A stretch of 64,000 nt of DNA from Promethearchaeota archaeon (GCA_048938105.1 JBHLMN010000005.1:209564-273563); one strand, 5' to 3'. Counted from the stretch's first letter, positions 51,584 through 62,221 are shown. The notes: generated from the sequence alone by a model not told the origin. Translations and numbers: made by a program.

Positions 51584-52462
51584 ATGATAGAATTAAAAAC
51601 TATTACATCTCGCGTGGTAGCTCATACATCCTCTCCTAACTCTCCCTCTAGTATTAAGCGATCTGGTAATTTTGGGGGAATTGCCCTGAATAATTTCTCA
51701 ATTGCGATTGATGCCACAAGTTCCATTGAATTTGGAAAAGAATTCAGAAAAAAATTAGAAGCTAGATTTGATCTCCCCATTAATTATTTATTTCTAACAC
51801 ATACTCATACCGATCATAGGAATGGTCTAAAGGCCTTTAACGATATCCCACTAATAGCAAGTGAGAATTGTATTAAAAATATGCCAAAAGCCCAAAAATT
51901 AAGTGATTTTTCAATTAAATCATTTAAAGAATACTCTAGCGTTAAAGACGATAATTTTGAAGTTGAATTTCACTATACTGGAGGTCATACTATTGGATCA
52001 AGTATTGCTTATTTTCCTGCGGAAAAGATTCTATTCTCCGGAGACTTGGTATTTCATGGTGGATTTAATTTCAATATACCCTTTCTCACCTTTTACCAAA
52101 ACAAGGTTTTTGATAACAAATCCAAAAAGACTGGAAATCCAGAGGAATATATTGCAGCTTTTGAAAGGTTTTTGAAAATGGATATCGAAGTTATTGTGAG
52201 TGGTCATGGATCTGTCATTTTTAACCCTAATGATGTAATCAATGAGCAATTAAACTTCTTTCTCTCACTTAAATCAGCTACTCTTGAAGTTGTTGCTAAA
52301 AATGAAAGTATGGATAATATTAATCTACAAAGTCTCGACTTGGTTAAACAAGCTTACGATAAATGTGAGAAACAAGGAAAAAATGCAACAAAATATAGAA
52401 AATGGTTAGAAAATTATCTCAGTAAGCTAAAGCAGGCTTTCTATACATACTATAGAGGTTAA
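51584..52462 (+). CDS. MBL-fold metallo-hydrolase
   Basis: THTHTDH, GGHT, FSGD, SGHG. Confidence 0.9.
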   Translation: MIELKTITSRVVAHTSSPNSPSSIKRSGNFGGIALNNFSIAIDATSSIEFGKEFRKKLEARFDLPINYLFLTHTHTDHRNGLKAFNDIPLIASENCIKNMPKAQKLSDFSIKSFKEYSSVKDDNFEVEFHYTGGHTIGSSIAYFPAEKILFSGDLVFHGGFNFNIPFLTFYQNKVFDNKSKKTGNPEEYIAAFERFLKMDIEVIVSGHGSVIFNPNDVINEQLNFFLSLKSATLEVVAKNESMDNINLQSLDLVKQAYDKCEKQGKNATKYRKWLENYLSKLKQAFYTYYRG

Positions 52463-52611
52463 TAACCTTATTATCAACTCTTTCAATAATAGTCTTTCTG
52501 GGGAAAAAACAAGTGGCATTATTAACCCGTAAATAAACCCTTCTTTAATTTGTCTCCCCTTTGTACTGTTTTATGTTCATTTCCTTATGTATCGATTTCA
52601 ATTTCAAAAGA

Positions 52612-52630
52612 TTAGAACAACTTGTTCTAA
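52612..52630. promoter_or_regulatory. Perfect inverted repeat TTAGAACAA-C-TTGTTCTAA
   Basis: Seen directly, about 80 bp upstream of the peptidase. Confidence 0.45.
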
Positions 52631-52708
52631 AAAATAGAATAAAAAAACACTTTTTCCTCCCCAAACCTAACATAGATTTTCAAATTTATCCATTTAGTGG
52701 TAATCTAA

Positions 52709-54355
52709 ATGATTGAATCTTCTAAAATCAGAATTAGTTTCCTAGGTTTACTTCTTCTTTTAGGGGTACTAATAACAGTTGGGAGTCTTAGCAGAGGTGA
52801 GCCTATGTTAAATATACAAAGCATAACAAGATTAGATCCATCTGGTTTTCAGGAACCAATAGAGGCTAATTTACAAATGAATTCTGAAAAGAATACCTTT
52901 TTCAAGCAAGAGAATCATGAGTTGCAAAATTATTCGAATCATTCTTCTCAGATTATGCGGAATTCAATTCAGAACCAAGAAATACAAGAAGTGGGATTTC
53001 AACGAATCTTCTGGATTTGGGATTTCATCACTTTAACACACTATGAAATAGATGCAACCATACTTGCGATCGGAAAATATTGCTATATCTTCATGGAAAA
53101 TAGTTGTATATCAAACCTAGGAGAATCAGTTGCGATCGCACAATCAGAGACTATACGTAATGAATTTGACAATACAACTTATCCTCGAGTCACAGACTTA
53201 GCTGGACATCCCAATGGAACATTAGGGGATATCGATGGTGATCCTAGAATTATTATTTTACTCTGTCATGAGCCTATATGTTACTATTCCCAAAGAAACG
53301 ATCAACAATTGGATTATTCGAATGAATGCGAAATGTTCTATATCTACGCTGGATTGTATAGATGGGGATCTGACCGTCTATTTGGAGCAATTGCTCATGA
53401 ATTTCACCATCTCATCTGGTTTAACAATGAGATGGATGAACCTCAATTCATCTTAGAGGCATTAGCAGAATATGCCATGTATCATAGCGGGTACCTAGGT
53501 TCTTCTAACAACCTAAGCCCCCGAGTCCCTGATTTTCTTTCACATCCTGAAGATTCTCTTCTATATTTTAATTATGATAGTAAAGAAGGATTAACTAGAG
53601 CTATTGATTACGGAGGTGGATATCTGTTCGCTTTCTATATCGCTGAACACTACGGGGTGGAGATGCTCCGAAACCTGATAACAGAACCTGCTGATGGCCC
53701 TCTAGGAATTGAAAAGGTTCTGCAAGCAGCTGGATATAATATCACATTCAATGATATCTATCTGAATTGGATCACAGCCGTAACAATTGATGAGCTAGGA
53801 TTTAATAACAACCTCTACGGCTTTGAGAATCTAGATGCCCGAATCTCCAAATATGATCTTGTTCAGGAGCTTCCCATTGTTAATGAAACCATTTTTCTTC
53901 GCTACTATGGTTTCCACATCCATAAACTGGAATCCCCTCCTAATAATTTTACAATACAAATTAAAAAGGCTTCAGATCAAACAATAGGTGTTTCCACTGT
54001 TTTTTATGACGCTTTTAGCTGGAATATTCACCAAAATATTCATGGTAAAGGGGATACACAGGTCACAGAGCACCTTCTAGGGAATTCAATTGATGTAGCA
54101 TATATAATAACCACTTATATGTTGAACCAGACACCTATTGTAACCCGTCCCAATTATGGACTTGGACCTTTGACAAATATCGAAATCTCCATAATTCAGA
54201 CAGCTACCCCACCTAATACTATTATTACTAATACTTCTAGTATACCCCTAACAACTAAAGAAACTACAATAGGAATTTCCTTCGGTTCTAATGTCGTAAT
54301 AGTCGTCATTGTCTTAAGTACTTATTTTGTACTTCTTCGAAAGAACAGGAAATAA
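52709..54355 (+). CDS. Secreted zinc metallopeptidase with C-terminal anchor
   Basis: Signal peptide, DIDGDPRI, AHEFHH..EALAE, Thr-rich linker, TM and RKNRK. Confidence 0.85.
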   Translation: MIESSKIRISFLGLLLLLGVLITVGSLSRGEPMLNIQSITRLDPSGFQEPIEANLQMNSEKNTFFKQENHELQNYSNHSSQIMRNSIQNQEIQEVGFQRIFWIWDFITLTHYEIDATILAIGKYCYIFMENSCISNLGESVAIAQSETIRNEFDNTTYPRVTDLAGHPNGTLGDIDGDPRIIILLCHEPICYYSQRNDQQLDYSNECEMFYIYAGLYRWGSDRLFGAIAHEFHHLIWFNNEMDEPQFILEALAEYAMYHSGYLGSSNNLSPRVPDFLSHPEDSLLYFNYDSKEGLTRAIDYGGGYLFAFYIAEHYGVEMLRNLITEPADGPLGIEKVLQAAGYNITFNDIYLNWITAVTIDELGFNNNLYGFENLDARISKYDLVQELPIVNETIFLRYYGFHIHKLESPPNNFTIQIKKASDQTIGVSTVFYDAFSWNIHQNIHGKGDTQVTEHLLGNSIDVAYIITTYMLNQTPIVTRPNYGLGPLTNIEISIIQTATPPNTIITNTSSIPLTTKETTIGISFGSNVVIVVIVLSTYFVLLRKNRK

Positions 54356-54430
54356 AAAAATCTAGTCAATTTTTCCGTTTATTGTTTAAAAAATAATGTC
54401 TTGTCAGTATATTGGATAGGATTAGCATTT

Positions 54431-54455
54431 GTGTTGCAAAAGGCTGGATTAGACT
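54431..54455 (+). repeat. Intergenic cassette-boundary site
   Basis: GTGTTGCAAAA-GGCTGGA-TTAGACT. Confidence 0.9.
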
Positions 54456-54498
54456 ATAAAATTACATAATTAGGAATATATATATTTGAAAGCAAGAC

Positions 54499-54996
54499 AT
54501 GATTCTCAAAGGAAAAGCGTGGTCTCACTGGAAGGAAAATCAAATGATGGAAGATTTATTTGATGTTCTTAGTTCTGATGATAGAACTTTGGTTTCAGAA
54601 TTATTTGAATTCGCTATTGACAATAATTTAAAATGTAACAGATCTAAAACGAAAGATATTATCTATGTGTTCTCACATCCTAAAACAAAGGAAAGAATTA
54701 TGAAATTTTCTCATAGTAAAAAACAAGGATTTATGGTTTCTCTCAGGTTCAATTTATCTGAATCCTATTCGACTTTTTTCAGCGAAGCAATTCGTAAAAC
54801 AATTGAAGAATATAATTATCGTTATACTGGCTGTTATCCGAGATGTAATAAATGCGATGGTACTAAAGGATATATCTATACATATCCTGATGGAAGACAA
54901 TTTTTTCGATGCTATCAAGAACTTATAAACCTTCCAAATGTTTCTTTTAGAGAATTAGACGAACTGAAAGCTCTAATAATGACTCAAATTACTTAA
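54499..54996 (+). CDS. Hypothetical protein with Cys cluster
   Basis: GCYPRCNKC...FRC. Confidence 0.7.
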   Translation: MILKGKAWSHWKENQMMEDLFDVLSSDDRTLVSELFEFAIDNNLKCNRSKTKDIIYVFSHPKTKERIMKFSHSKKQGFMVSLRFNLSESYSTFFSEAIRKTIEEYNYRYTGCYPRCNKCDGTKGYIYTYPDGRQFFRCYQELINLPNVSFRELDELKALIMTQIT

Positions 54997-55066
54997 TCAT
55001 AGGTACTCAAACATATGTTTGTAATGGTATTTCATTTGAACTATGACAAAGAAATAGTATTCATTA

Positions 55067-55091
55067 TTGTCATAAAAGACTGGAAAGTGGA
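55067..55091 (+). repeat. Intergenic cassette-boundary site (variant)
   Basis: TTGTCATAAAA-GACTGGA-AAGTGGA. Confidence 0.55.
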
Positions 55092-55134
55092 AATTTTCAG
55101 TGAGTCAATGATGTACTTGAGGAGGTAGAATCCA

Positions 55135-55761
55135 TCGAAAATCGAACCGTTTGAAAAATATACAGACCAATATGAAGATTGGTTTGAGACACATAAATTT
55201 GTTTATAAATCAGAGCTGAGGGCTATAAAAAATCAATTGCCTAAGAGGGAAGAAGGGATTGAAATCGGTGTGGGAAGCGGTAGATTCGCTGCGCCTTTGG
55301 GTATTAAATTTGGAATTGATCCATCTAAAAAAATGAGACAAATAGCCCAAAGTAGGGGTATTGAAGTGATTAACGGTGTTGCAGAGAATTTACCTTTTAG
55401 GGATAATACTTTTACCTTTACACTGATGGTAACGACAATTTGCTTTTTAAATGATATAAAAACCGCTTTTCAAGAAGCACGCAGGGTGTTAAAGCCAAGA
55501 GGATGCTTAATAATAGGATTTATCGACAAAACTAGCACTATTGGAGAACTATATCAAAAACATAAACAGGAGAATGTGTTCTATAATGTAGCAACGTTTT
55601 ATTCAGTTGAGGATGTTGTTCTTCTCCTGAAACAAATTGGTTTTAAGAACTTTCAGTACATTCAAACAATTTTTAATAATTTAAGCGAAATAAAAGATAT
55701 TGAACCTATTAAAAAGGGGTACGGGGAAGGTTCATTTGTTGTAGTTAAAACATTCAAATAA
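55135..55761 (+). CDS. Class I SAM-dependent methyltransferase; frame extends upstream of 55237 without an ATG
   Basis: SKIEPFEKYTDQYEDWFE...EIGVGSGRF; GGAGG at 55121. Confidence 0.8.
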   Translation, partial: SKIEPFEKYTDQYEDWFETHKFVYKSELRAIKNQLPKREEGIEIGVGSGRFAAPLGIKFGIDPSKKMRQIAQSRGIEVINGVAENLPFRDNTFTFTLMVTTICFLNDIKTAFQEARRVLKPRGCLIIGFIDKTSTIGELYQKHKQENVFYNVATFYSVEDVVLLLKQIGFKNFQYIQTIFNNLSEIKDIEPIKKGYGEGSFVVVKTFK

Positions 55762-55979
55762 TGAATCCGAGAGCTATTTTTTCATTAAATGTTTTATAGG
55801 ATTAGGAGACTTGAATGAACAGCTAAATACTTGATTAATAGTTTTCTTACCTCATATGCTTTGAAAAATATAGTTTTCAGGGACAAAACCAATAATAGTT
55901 GAAGTAGGATTACATGAACTCTCATTAGGATCTATTTAAAAAATAAGGCAAACATAACTTCATTCACCAAAAAGACTAA

Positions 55980-56900
55980 ATGGGACACAACTGTTCTTTA
56001 GTTCAAGAACTAGTTGGATATGTAAAGATGGTCATTAAAAAAGTCAGTTTTAAAGAAGCAGTTTCCTTATTGGACTCTAAAACATGTTCTGAAGGAGCAC
56101 ACATGGACATAGAATTTGAATGTCTCGCTTACGAAAGGTGTTCGGGAAAAAAAACGTATGGACCAGGACCATACCGATTATTACGAGTCACAGATGACCA
56201 AAATTCAAATGTCAGAACACTATATGTCTGGGGTGACCATAGATATGCACATAATATAAATCTGGCTGCTTCTCTTAAGAAAGGCGATAGATTATTAGTA
56301 ATAAATCCTTCAAAACCCCGAAATAGTAGCTATTCAAGAGATGAACGGGGAAATAATGCTTTTTGGGTTGAACAATGGGATGAAGGATCTGCAGAGGAGG
56401 GATCACGATTAGTTAAAATAACTGAATCAAGAGAGATATGCTGTGTTTGCAGGCGGCCCATAAAATCAGAAGAGGAAATTATTTATTGTCCTACGTGTCA
56501 GAATCCTTTTCATCTACCTCATTTTGCTGAAACCCTTAAATTGACTGGAAAATGCCCGATTTGTGCAACAAAAAGCTCTTTCAATGAAATTATGAAGAAC
56601 ATTGCAGAGATCTTCGATTTTCCAAAAAATAAAGCTATTGAGACGTTCACTTTAGCACGAAGAACTGATACTTTTCACCTAAAAGATAATCGAAAGTCAT
56701 CAAATTATGAAGTTTTTCCTTTAACCTCAACCAATAGGGACAAATTGAAAAAAGCCTGTTCTTATATTCAAACACGAACAGGAGCAAAGGTCAAAATTCT
56801 ATCTAAATTAGGAAGACCATTCATTAAAATCTCCTACCAAGACGGAATTACACTAGACTTGCTAGAAAAAATTATCAGACAATATGAACAGACCCAATAA
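55980..56900 (+). CDS. Protein with RING-like zinc finger
   Basis: CCVC-x12-CPTC-x4-H-x2-H-x10-CPIC. Confidence 0.75.
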   Translation: MGHNCSLVQELVGYVKMVIKKVSFKEAVSLLDSKTCSEGAHMDIEFECLAYERCSGKKTYGPGPYRLLRVTDDQNSNVRTLYVWGDHRYAHNINLAASLKKGDRLLVINPSKPRNSSYSRDERGNNAFWVEQWDEGSAEEGSRLVKITESREICCVCRRPIKSEEEIIYCPTCQNPFHLPHFAETLKLTGKCPICATKSSFNEIMKNIAEIFDFPKNKAIETFTLARRTDTFHLKDNRKSSNYEVFPLTSTNRDKLKKACSYIQTRTGAKVKILSKLGRPFIKISYQDGITLDLLEKIIRQYEQTQ

Positions 56901-57105
56901 TATAATGGAAGCATTCAATATACTGTGGCTAACCAAAAGGCCCAATATGTGATAATTCTGTCATTAAATCAATTAATTTCGTATATCATGTACTTTGAAG
57001 AAATCTAGTCCGAAAAGGAGATTGATAAGGTAGTTAAGTTCTTGAAATAATTTTGATTATGAGGATTCTATGAAATGCTTTAACCCATATGTGAACTACG
57101 ATTAA

Positions 57106-57197
57106 ATGTTGTCTATGGCTGGTTTAGATTAGAAAACTATATACCACGGCATACGCTGTGAAACTAATCAAGATTAATTCAAAGGCTAGATTGGTTT
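57106..57197 (+). repeat. Two degenerate cassette-boundary sites (57106-57130, 57173-57197)
   Basis: ATGTTGTCTAT-GGCTGGT-TTAGATT; ATTAATTCAAA-GGCTAGA-TTGGTTT. Confidence 0.55.
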
Positions 57198-57250
57198 TTA
57201 AAAAGACAAGATTTCAATATCAAATAAACCGATACAGAGTGGAAGTATAA

Positions 57251-57742
57251 ATGAATACAGAAAAGATTTGTACAGCATTAGAAGAGCAGTATGGAGCGGC
57301 ATTTAATACCCTCGAAAAAATAATTAACATTTGTCCAAATGAAATCTGGATAAATTCTCCTAATAAACCTCCAATTTATGGAGTGGTTAATCACATCCTT
57401 TACTTTGTTGATTTATATTTTAGTAAATCAAAAGAGGAACGGGAAAGCTACAAACCCAAATTTCCTGATGAACAAGACGATATGCATATGTTAAGAACTC
57501 TAGAAAAAAATGATTTGCTAGAATACACAAAGGAGATGAGGAGTAAAGCAAAAAAGTTATTCGCTAGTATGACATTAAAGCAGTTACAAGGTGAATCAGT
57601 TTTTGAGTGGCATGGATCATCTCTTCTAAGCTCTCTTTTGTATAATCTTAGACATGTAATGTTACATATAGGTGCTTTACAGGTTAGATTACGTCATTAT
57701 GGTATTGACGAAAAATTTTGGGTTAGTAATGCTGATTTATAG
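57251..57742 (+). CDS. DinB superfamily protein
   Basis: CPNEIW, HILYFVDLY, YNLRHVMLHIGAL. Confidence 0.85.
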   Translation: MNTEKICTALEEQYGAAFNTLEKIINICPNEIWINSPNKPPIYGVVNHILYFVDLYFSKSKEERESYKPKFPDEQDDMHMLRTLEKNDLLEYTKEMRSKAKKLFASMTLKQLQGESVFEWHGSSLLSSLLYNLRHVMLHIGALQVRLRHYGIDEKFWVSNADL

Positions 57743-57830
57743 AATAATTATTTCAGAAGAAGTAGTAGATCATCAGAAATATGGAAAGGAAATTATATCG
57801 CTTTAAAATTTCTAGTTAAATCCTGTCTAA

Positions 57831-57855
57831 ACTCCACAAAAGTCTGGATTAGCAC
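57831..57855 (+). repeat. Intergenic cassette-boundary site
   Basis: ACTCCACAAAA-GTCTGGA-TTAGCAC. Confidence 0.8.
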
Positions 57856-57937
57856 TACTGTTTGACATTATACAAAAGACACTATTAAAAATGAAAATCT
57901 GATCGAAGGGTTAATGAAAAACGTGTTTTATTATTCA

Positions 57938-58306
57938 TTATTCACTAGTTAATACTTCATCTCTATCGATTACCTCTAGTTTAAAGATGACGGGTCTGAT
58001 TCCATCAGTACAGCAGGTTATGTAGGAATTATCGGTTTTCATCCAGGTCCAAATTTTACCAGTCTTACCAATATAATTTTTAAAATTCCCTCCTTGCATG
58101 AGGGTTAGGAGGAATCTGTGGATATCATGCCAAGCAAAGCTACACGGAAAAGATTCAGGTTTGGCTGTTGGGCTTTCTGTTATAAATTCTTGACCATCTT
58201 CGAATTCTCCACATTTACCTGTTTTCATTTGAACATATTCTTTTGCTAGATCTTCATGAAATGTTCGTTTCAGTACTGTAATCTTACATTTTACCATTTT
58301 ACTCAC
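57938..58306 (-). CDS. TIGR04076 family protein
   Basis: KCKITVLKR, FEDGQEF, CSFAW.DI, CCTDGIRPVIFKLE. Confidence 0.85.
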   Translation of the reverse strand: MSKMVKCKITVLKRTFHEDLAKEYVQMKTGKCGEFEDGQEFITESPTAKPESFPCSFAWHDIHRFLLTLMQGGNFKNYIGKTGKIWTWMKTDNSYITCCTDGIRPVIFKLEVIDRDEVLTSE

Positions 58307-58598
58307 TATAAAAAGAAATTTTATGAAAATAGGAAACTCCTATCAAATTATTCTCGAAAATAATTAAGTAGGTCTCATCATTTAAACTTAAGGAAAGAGG
58401 TAATTATCCCATTTTGTCGAATACAATGCAAAACCTTACTTAAAAATTGTATTTTTTTCTCTACTGAATATATCAAGGAGCGAAGAAGTGTCCGAATATA
58501 CTCATAATTCCATTACCTATACTAAAGTAGCTCTTTTTAACAAAGAGAAGAGACAATAGAGGATGGAATGATAGTTAATATTCTAATATAGAGATGCA

Positions 58599-59612
58599 TT
58601 GCAAATACTTTATATTATTCCTTTTTTTTCTACTGTTTTTATGTCAACACAAATTTTACTGACTGGTGCTTTTGGTAATATAGGTGAGAGTACATTATTA
58701 GCTCTTCTTGACAAGAAATATGATGTTAAATGTTTCGATATTGAGAATGAAACAACAAGAAAACAAAGTTCAATATTATCCCAGAGTGGCCAATTTGAAA
58801 CCATTTGGGGGGATATCACAGATAAAGAGTCCATAAGACCAGCGATCCAAGGGGTCGATTGTATTCTACATCTTGCAGCGATTCTTCCTCCTGCCAGTGA
58901 AAAAAACCCAGAAGTTACGGAGAAAGTTAATGTTGGGGGCACACGAAATATTATTGAATTGGCTAGCGAACTAGAACCTAAACCCAAATTCGTTTATGCG
59001 AGCTCAGTTTCAGTTCATGGACCACGGCCCGCTTCAGTATCCCCCCCAGTTACCGCTACTGCCCCTAAAAAGCCAACCGATAAATATACCCATACTAAAG
59101 TTGCATGTGAGGAGTTAATATTACAGAGTGAGCTTCCTTGGACTATTCTTCGTTTTGCTGCAGTTCCTCCGCTTAAATTAGGTGGAGACCTTGATCCTAT
59201 GCTGTTTGAAACTCCTGCTGATCAGAGAATTGAATTTGCTCATACCAGAGATGTTGGCCAAGCTGTTGCCAATTCAGTTGAAGCTGACACCGAAAAAAAG
59301 ATTCTACTGATAGGGGGCGGAAAGGAATGCCAGATGTTGCAATATGACTTTCTCAATGGTCTTTTCCAAGTGATGGGAATAGGAAAACTACCTCGTGAAG
59401 CTTTTAAAGTTCCTGAAAAGGATGATGACTGGTATTATACGGATTGGATGGACACAGAAGAGTCCCAAGCACTTCTTAACTATCAAAAACATTCATACGA
59501 GGATTACCTAAATGATATGAAAAAGACTCTTGGATTCCGACGGTACTTCATGAAGCTTATGGGCCCGCTTATTAGAAGTCGGTTATTAAAACAATCACCC
59601 TATTACAAATAA
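58599..59612 (+). CDS. NAD-dependent epimerase/dehydratase, extended SDR (probable start 58641)
   Basis: TGAFGNIG, HLAA, YTHTK. Confidence 0.9.
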   Translation: MQILYIIPFFSTVFMSTQILLTGAFGNIGESTLLALLDKKYDVKCFDIENETTRKQSSILSQSGQFETIWGDITDKESIRPAIQGVDCILHLAAILPPASEKNPEVTEKVNVGGTRNIIELASELEPKPKFVYASSVSVHGPRPASVSPPVTATAPKKPTDKYTHTKVACEELILQSELPWTILRFAAVPPLKLGGDLDPMLFETPADQRIEFAHTRDVGQAVANSVEADTEKKILLIGGGKECQMLQYDFLNGLFQVMGIGKLPREAFKVPEKDDDWYYTDWMDTEESQALLNYQKHSYEDYLNDMKKTLGFRRYFMKLMGPLIRSRLLKQSPYYK

Positions 59613-59723
59613 TCCTAATTATCAACATTAAAAAGGCATATACCTCGATTTGCACCGCGTACTATCGAGATTGGTATTAATTTGTTTAGCTAAAAAATGA
59701 TGGTTATTTGTTATTATATTTCA

Positions 59724-59748
59724 ATGTCGTCTATGGCTGATTTAGAAT
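59724..59748 (+). repeat. Intergenic cassette-boundary site (variant)
   Basis: ATGTCGTCTAT-GGCTGAT-TTAGAAT. Confidence 0.6.
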
Positions 59749-59815
59749 ACAAAAGTATATACCCATTCCAGAGATATTGTTTTCATCAGCTTTTTCTAAA
59801 CATTCTTCCTCTTTT

Positions 59816-60850
59816 TCACTCTATACTAATTACGACTCGACCAGAAGAATGTCCTGTTTCATAATGTCGATGAGCTTCGATAATTTGGCTTAATGGATAA
59901 ATAGTATCAATTACTGGTTTAATTTTACCAGCTTCAATCCAACTCCTAATAAGTTCCATAGCTGAAGGACTTTCATCTGCAGTTCCAGTTTTGAATCTCT
60001 TATTTCGCGTTATAATATGAAAAATATTTCTTAGACTATTAGCTGGATTATTTGAGATGTAGATTCCATCCGAAGTTAGAATACTCTTGCAATTAGAAAG
60101 ATTCATGACTGCGACTATGTCTAGTATAATGTCATATTTAGTCCCATTTTTCGTATAATCTTCCTTTGAATAATCAATTACATGATCCGCTCCAATACTT
60201 TTTACTAATTCAATATTATTTGGTCCACAGACACTAGTAACCTCGGCACCATAGACATTCTTAGCCATTTGCACAGCAAAAGTACCTATTCCTGACGACC
60301 CTCCAATAATGAGGACTTTTTGACCTTTTTTTGGTGTCGCTAAATCTCTAAATGCTTTTAATGCGGGGGTAGAACCACCTGGCACCGCAGCAGCTTCAAG
60401 AAAATTCAGATTTGCTGGTTTTTTTGCCAAATGAGTTTCTGGAATAGCAACATACTCAGCAGTTGTTCCAGCATTTTCTGAAAATCCATAAACATGGTCA
60501 CCGACTTTCCATTTTATAACATCTTTTCCTAATGAAACAATTTCACCAGAAAATCCTGATCCAGGGATTTTTTGTTTAGGTTTGCGGATACCTCCATAAT
60601 ATAATCGGAGAAAGAATCCCATTACTTTCTTTAGACCAAAAGATACTGCTTTAGGAGCTTTTCCCCCACGATGAACGACATCTCCTGTATTAATTGAGGT
60701 ACCATAATTTCTTATTAGAACTTCATCATCTTTTGGTTGAGGAACGCTTATTTCTTTTATCTCAAGAACCTCAGGAGACCCATATTTTGTAATCCAAGCT
60801 GCTTTCATATGCTTATTCCCTTTATTAATGTTAACCATTATTATCACCAT
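59816..60850 (-). CDS. MDR family NAD(P)-dependent oxidoreductase
   Basis: YGSPEVL, GGSSGIGTFAVQMAK, GADHVIDY. Confidence 0.9.
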   Translation of the reverse strand: MVIIMVNINKGNKHMKAAWITKYGSPEVLEIKEISVPQPKDDEVLIRNYGTSINTGDVVHRGGKAPKAVSFGLKKVMGFFLRLYYGGIRKPKQKIPGSGFSGEIVSLGKDVIKWKVGDHVYGFSENAGTTAEYVAIPETHLAKKPANLNFLEAAAVPGGSTPALKAFRDLATPKKGQKVLIIGGSSGIGTFAVQMAKNVYGAEVTSVCGPNNIELVKSIGADHVIDYSKEDYTKNGTKYDIILDIVAVMNLSNCKSILTSDGIYISNNPANSLRNIFHIITRNKRFKTGTADESPSAMELIRSWIEAGKIKPVIDTIYPLSQIIEAHRHYETGHSSGRVVISIE

Positions 60851-60964
60851 ATATTCTAGTATTCTATTCCGTTAATCTCATACATAGAGAACAAATTGTA
60901 TCTTTTGCGAGAGAAGCTTATTACGACAGGAACGGTATATAATCATAGCTCAAGATTTAGATGA

Positions 60965-60989
60965 ACTTCGAAAAAGGCTGGATTAACAC
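60965..60989 (+). repeat. Intergenic cassette-boundary site
   Basis: ACTTCGAAAAA-GGCTGGA-TTAACAC. Confidence 0.9.
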
Positions 60990-61000
60990 TTAAAGCAAAT

Positions 61001-62221
61001 TCAATCCTGGTTTTGTCGTTGTAACATATTTCTTTCCACCCATGAAGAAAGCCATTTCTGAGCTAAGTGGTACTGGGATTTATCATTTTTGTGAACACAA
61101 GTGACCAAACCTGGTTCGGATCTACCAGGATGAATATGCATAGCATAAATACACGAATTACATGAGATACATTCCGGTGTCTGTCCGCCCCGACCTTCTA
61201 ACCAGCGATTCGGTAGATCTGGTTCACGGATTAGGGGGCGCGATAATGCAATGAAATCTACTTTACCTTGATTAACAATTTCCTCCAGTCGTTCTATGTC
61301 CCGGTTTCCACCGACTAAAATGACAGGAATGTCTAGATCGAGTTCTTCAGCGTATTTTAGAAAATAACTTTGCTTTTCAGGATTTTTGATACGTGTATGG
61401 GATTCAGGTGCTGGAACAGGCCGAAATCCAAGCTCCTTTTCACTTCTAAACAGACACTCCCACATACCACCACTTACTTCGATGGCATCGACACCTGTCT
61501 GTTCAATTGCTCGCGCAAGGTCAGGAAAAGTATCAATATTGATCCCACCTACAAGGTAATCTGTACAGTTCATTTTGACCAGGATAGGAAAATTAGCGAC
61601 GGATTGTCTAGCTTTGGAAACAATTTCACAGATGATTCTCACCCTATTCGATGTTGAACCTCCATACACATCGTTTCGACGGTTTGTATAAGGCGAAAGG
61701 AAGCGACTCAGCAATCCGCCATGCGCCGCGTGAAGTTGAACACCATCAAAACCAGCTTTTTTCATATCTACAATAGCTTCAACAAAGCAATCGACAATAT
61801 CACTAATCTCATCCAAAGTAAGCGGCCGTAGCTTCCTTCTTGAGTGAGGTGAGTTAATCACAGAAGGCCTAGCGGTCAGGTTCCCGTTTTCGAGCTGGGC
61901 TATTATTTTACATTCCTGTTTTGAGCTGTGGACTATTTGGGGCATTTGTTCAATACCATTGACCCGTAGGTCAGTGTAGTTAGATATCCACTTGTTGGAA
62001 CCATCATTCACTACTTTCTCCTGAAAAACAGGGAATCCCCCTGTAATAATTAGTCCTACCCCACCAAGAGCGAGTTCTTGGTAGAGATTGAGTACCTCAT
62101 CTGTCATCTTGCGTTTATTCAATATGGATGGATCCCAGGTAGCGGAACGAACGAAACGGTTAGGTAACATTAAAGAGCCAATTTTTCCCTCTGAGAATAC
62201 TCTATAATTATACCTTTTCAT
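61001..62221 (-). CDS. NADH:flavin oxidoreductase (Old Yellow Enzyme family)
   Basis: AGFDGVQLHAAHG, FLSPYTNRRNDVYGGS, CISCNSC. Confidence 0.95.
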   Translation of the reverse strand: MKRYNYRVFSEGKIGSLMLPNRFVRSATWDPSILNKRKMTDEVLNLYQELALGGVGLIITGGFPVFQEKVVNDGSNKWISNYTDLRVNGIEQMPQIVHSSKQECKIIAQLENGNLTARPSVINSPHSRRKLRPLTLDEISDIVDCFVEAIVDMKKAGFDGVQLHAAHGGLLSRFLSPYTNRRNDVYGGSTSNRVRIICEIVSKARQSVANFPILVKMNCTDYLVGGINIDTFPDLARAIEQTGVDAIEVSGGMWECLFRSEKELGFRPVPAPESHTRIKNPEKQSYFLKYAEELDLDIPVILVGGNRDIERLEEIVNQGKVDFIALSRPLIREPDLPNRWLEGRGGQTPECISCNSCIYAMHIHPGRSEPGLVTCVHKNDKSQYHLAQKWLSSWVERNMLQRQNQD

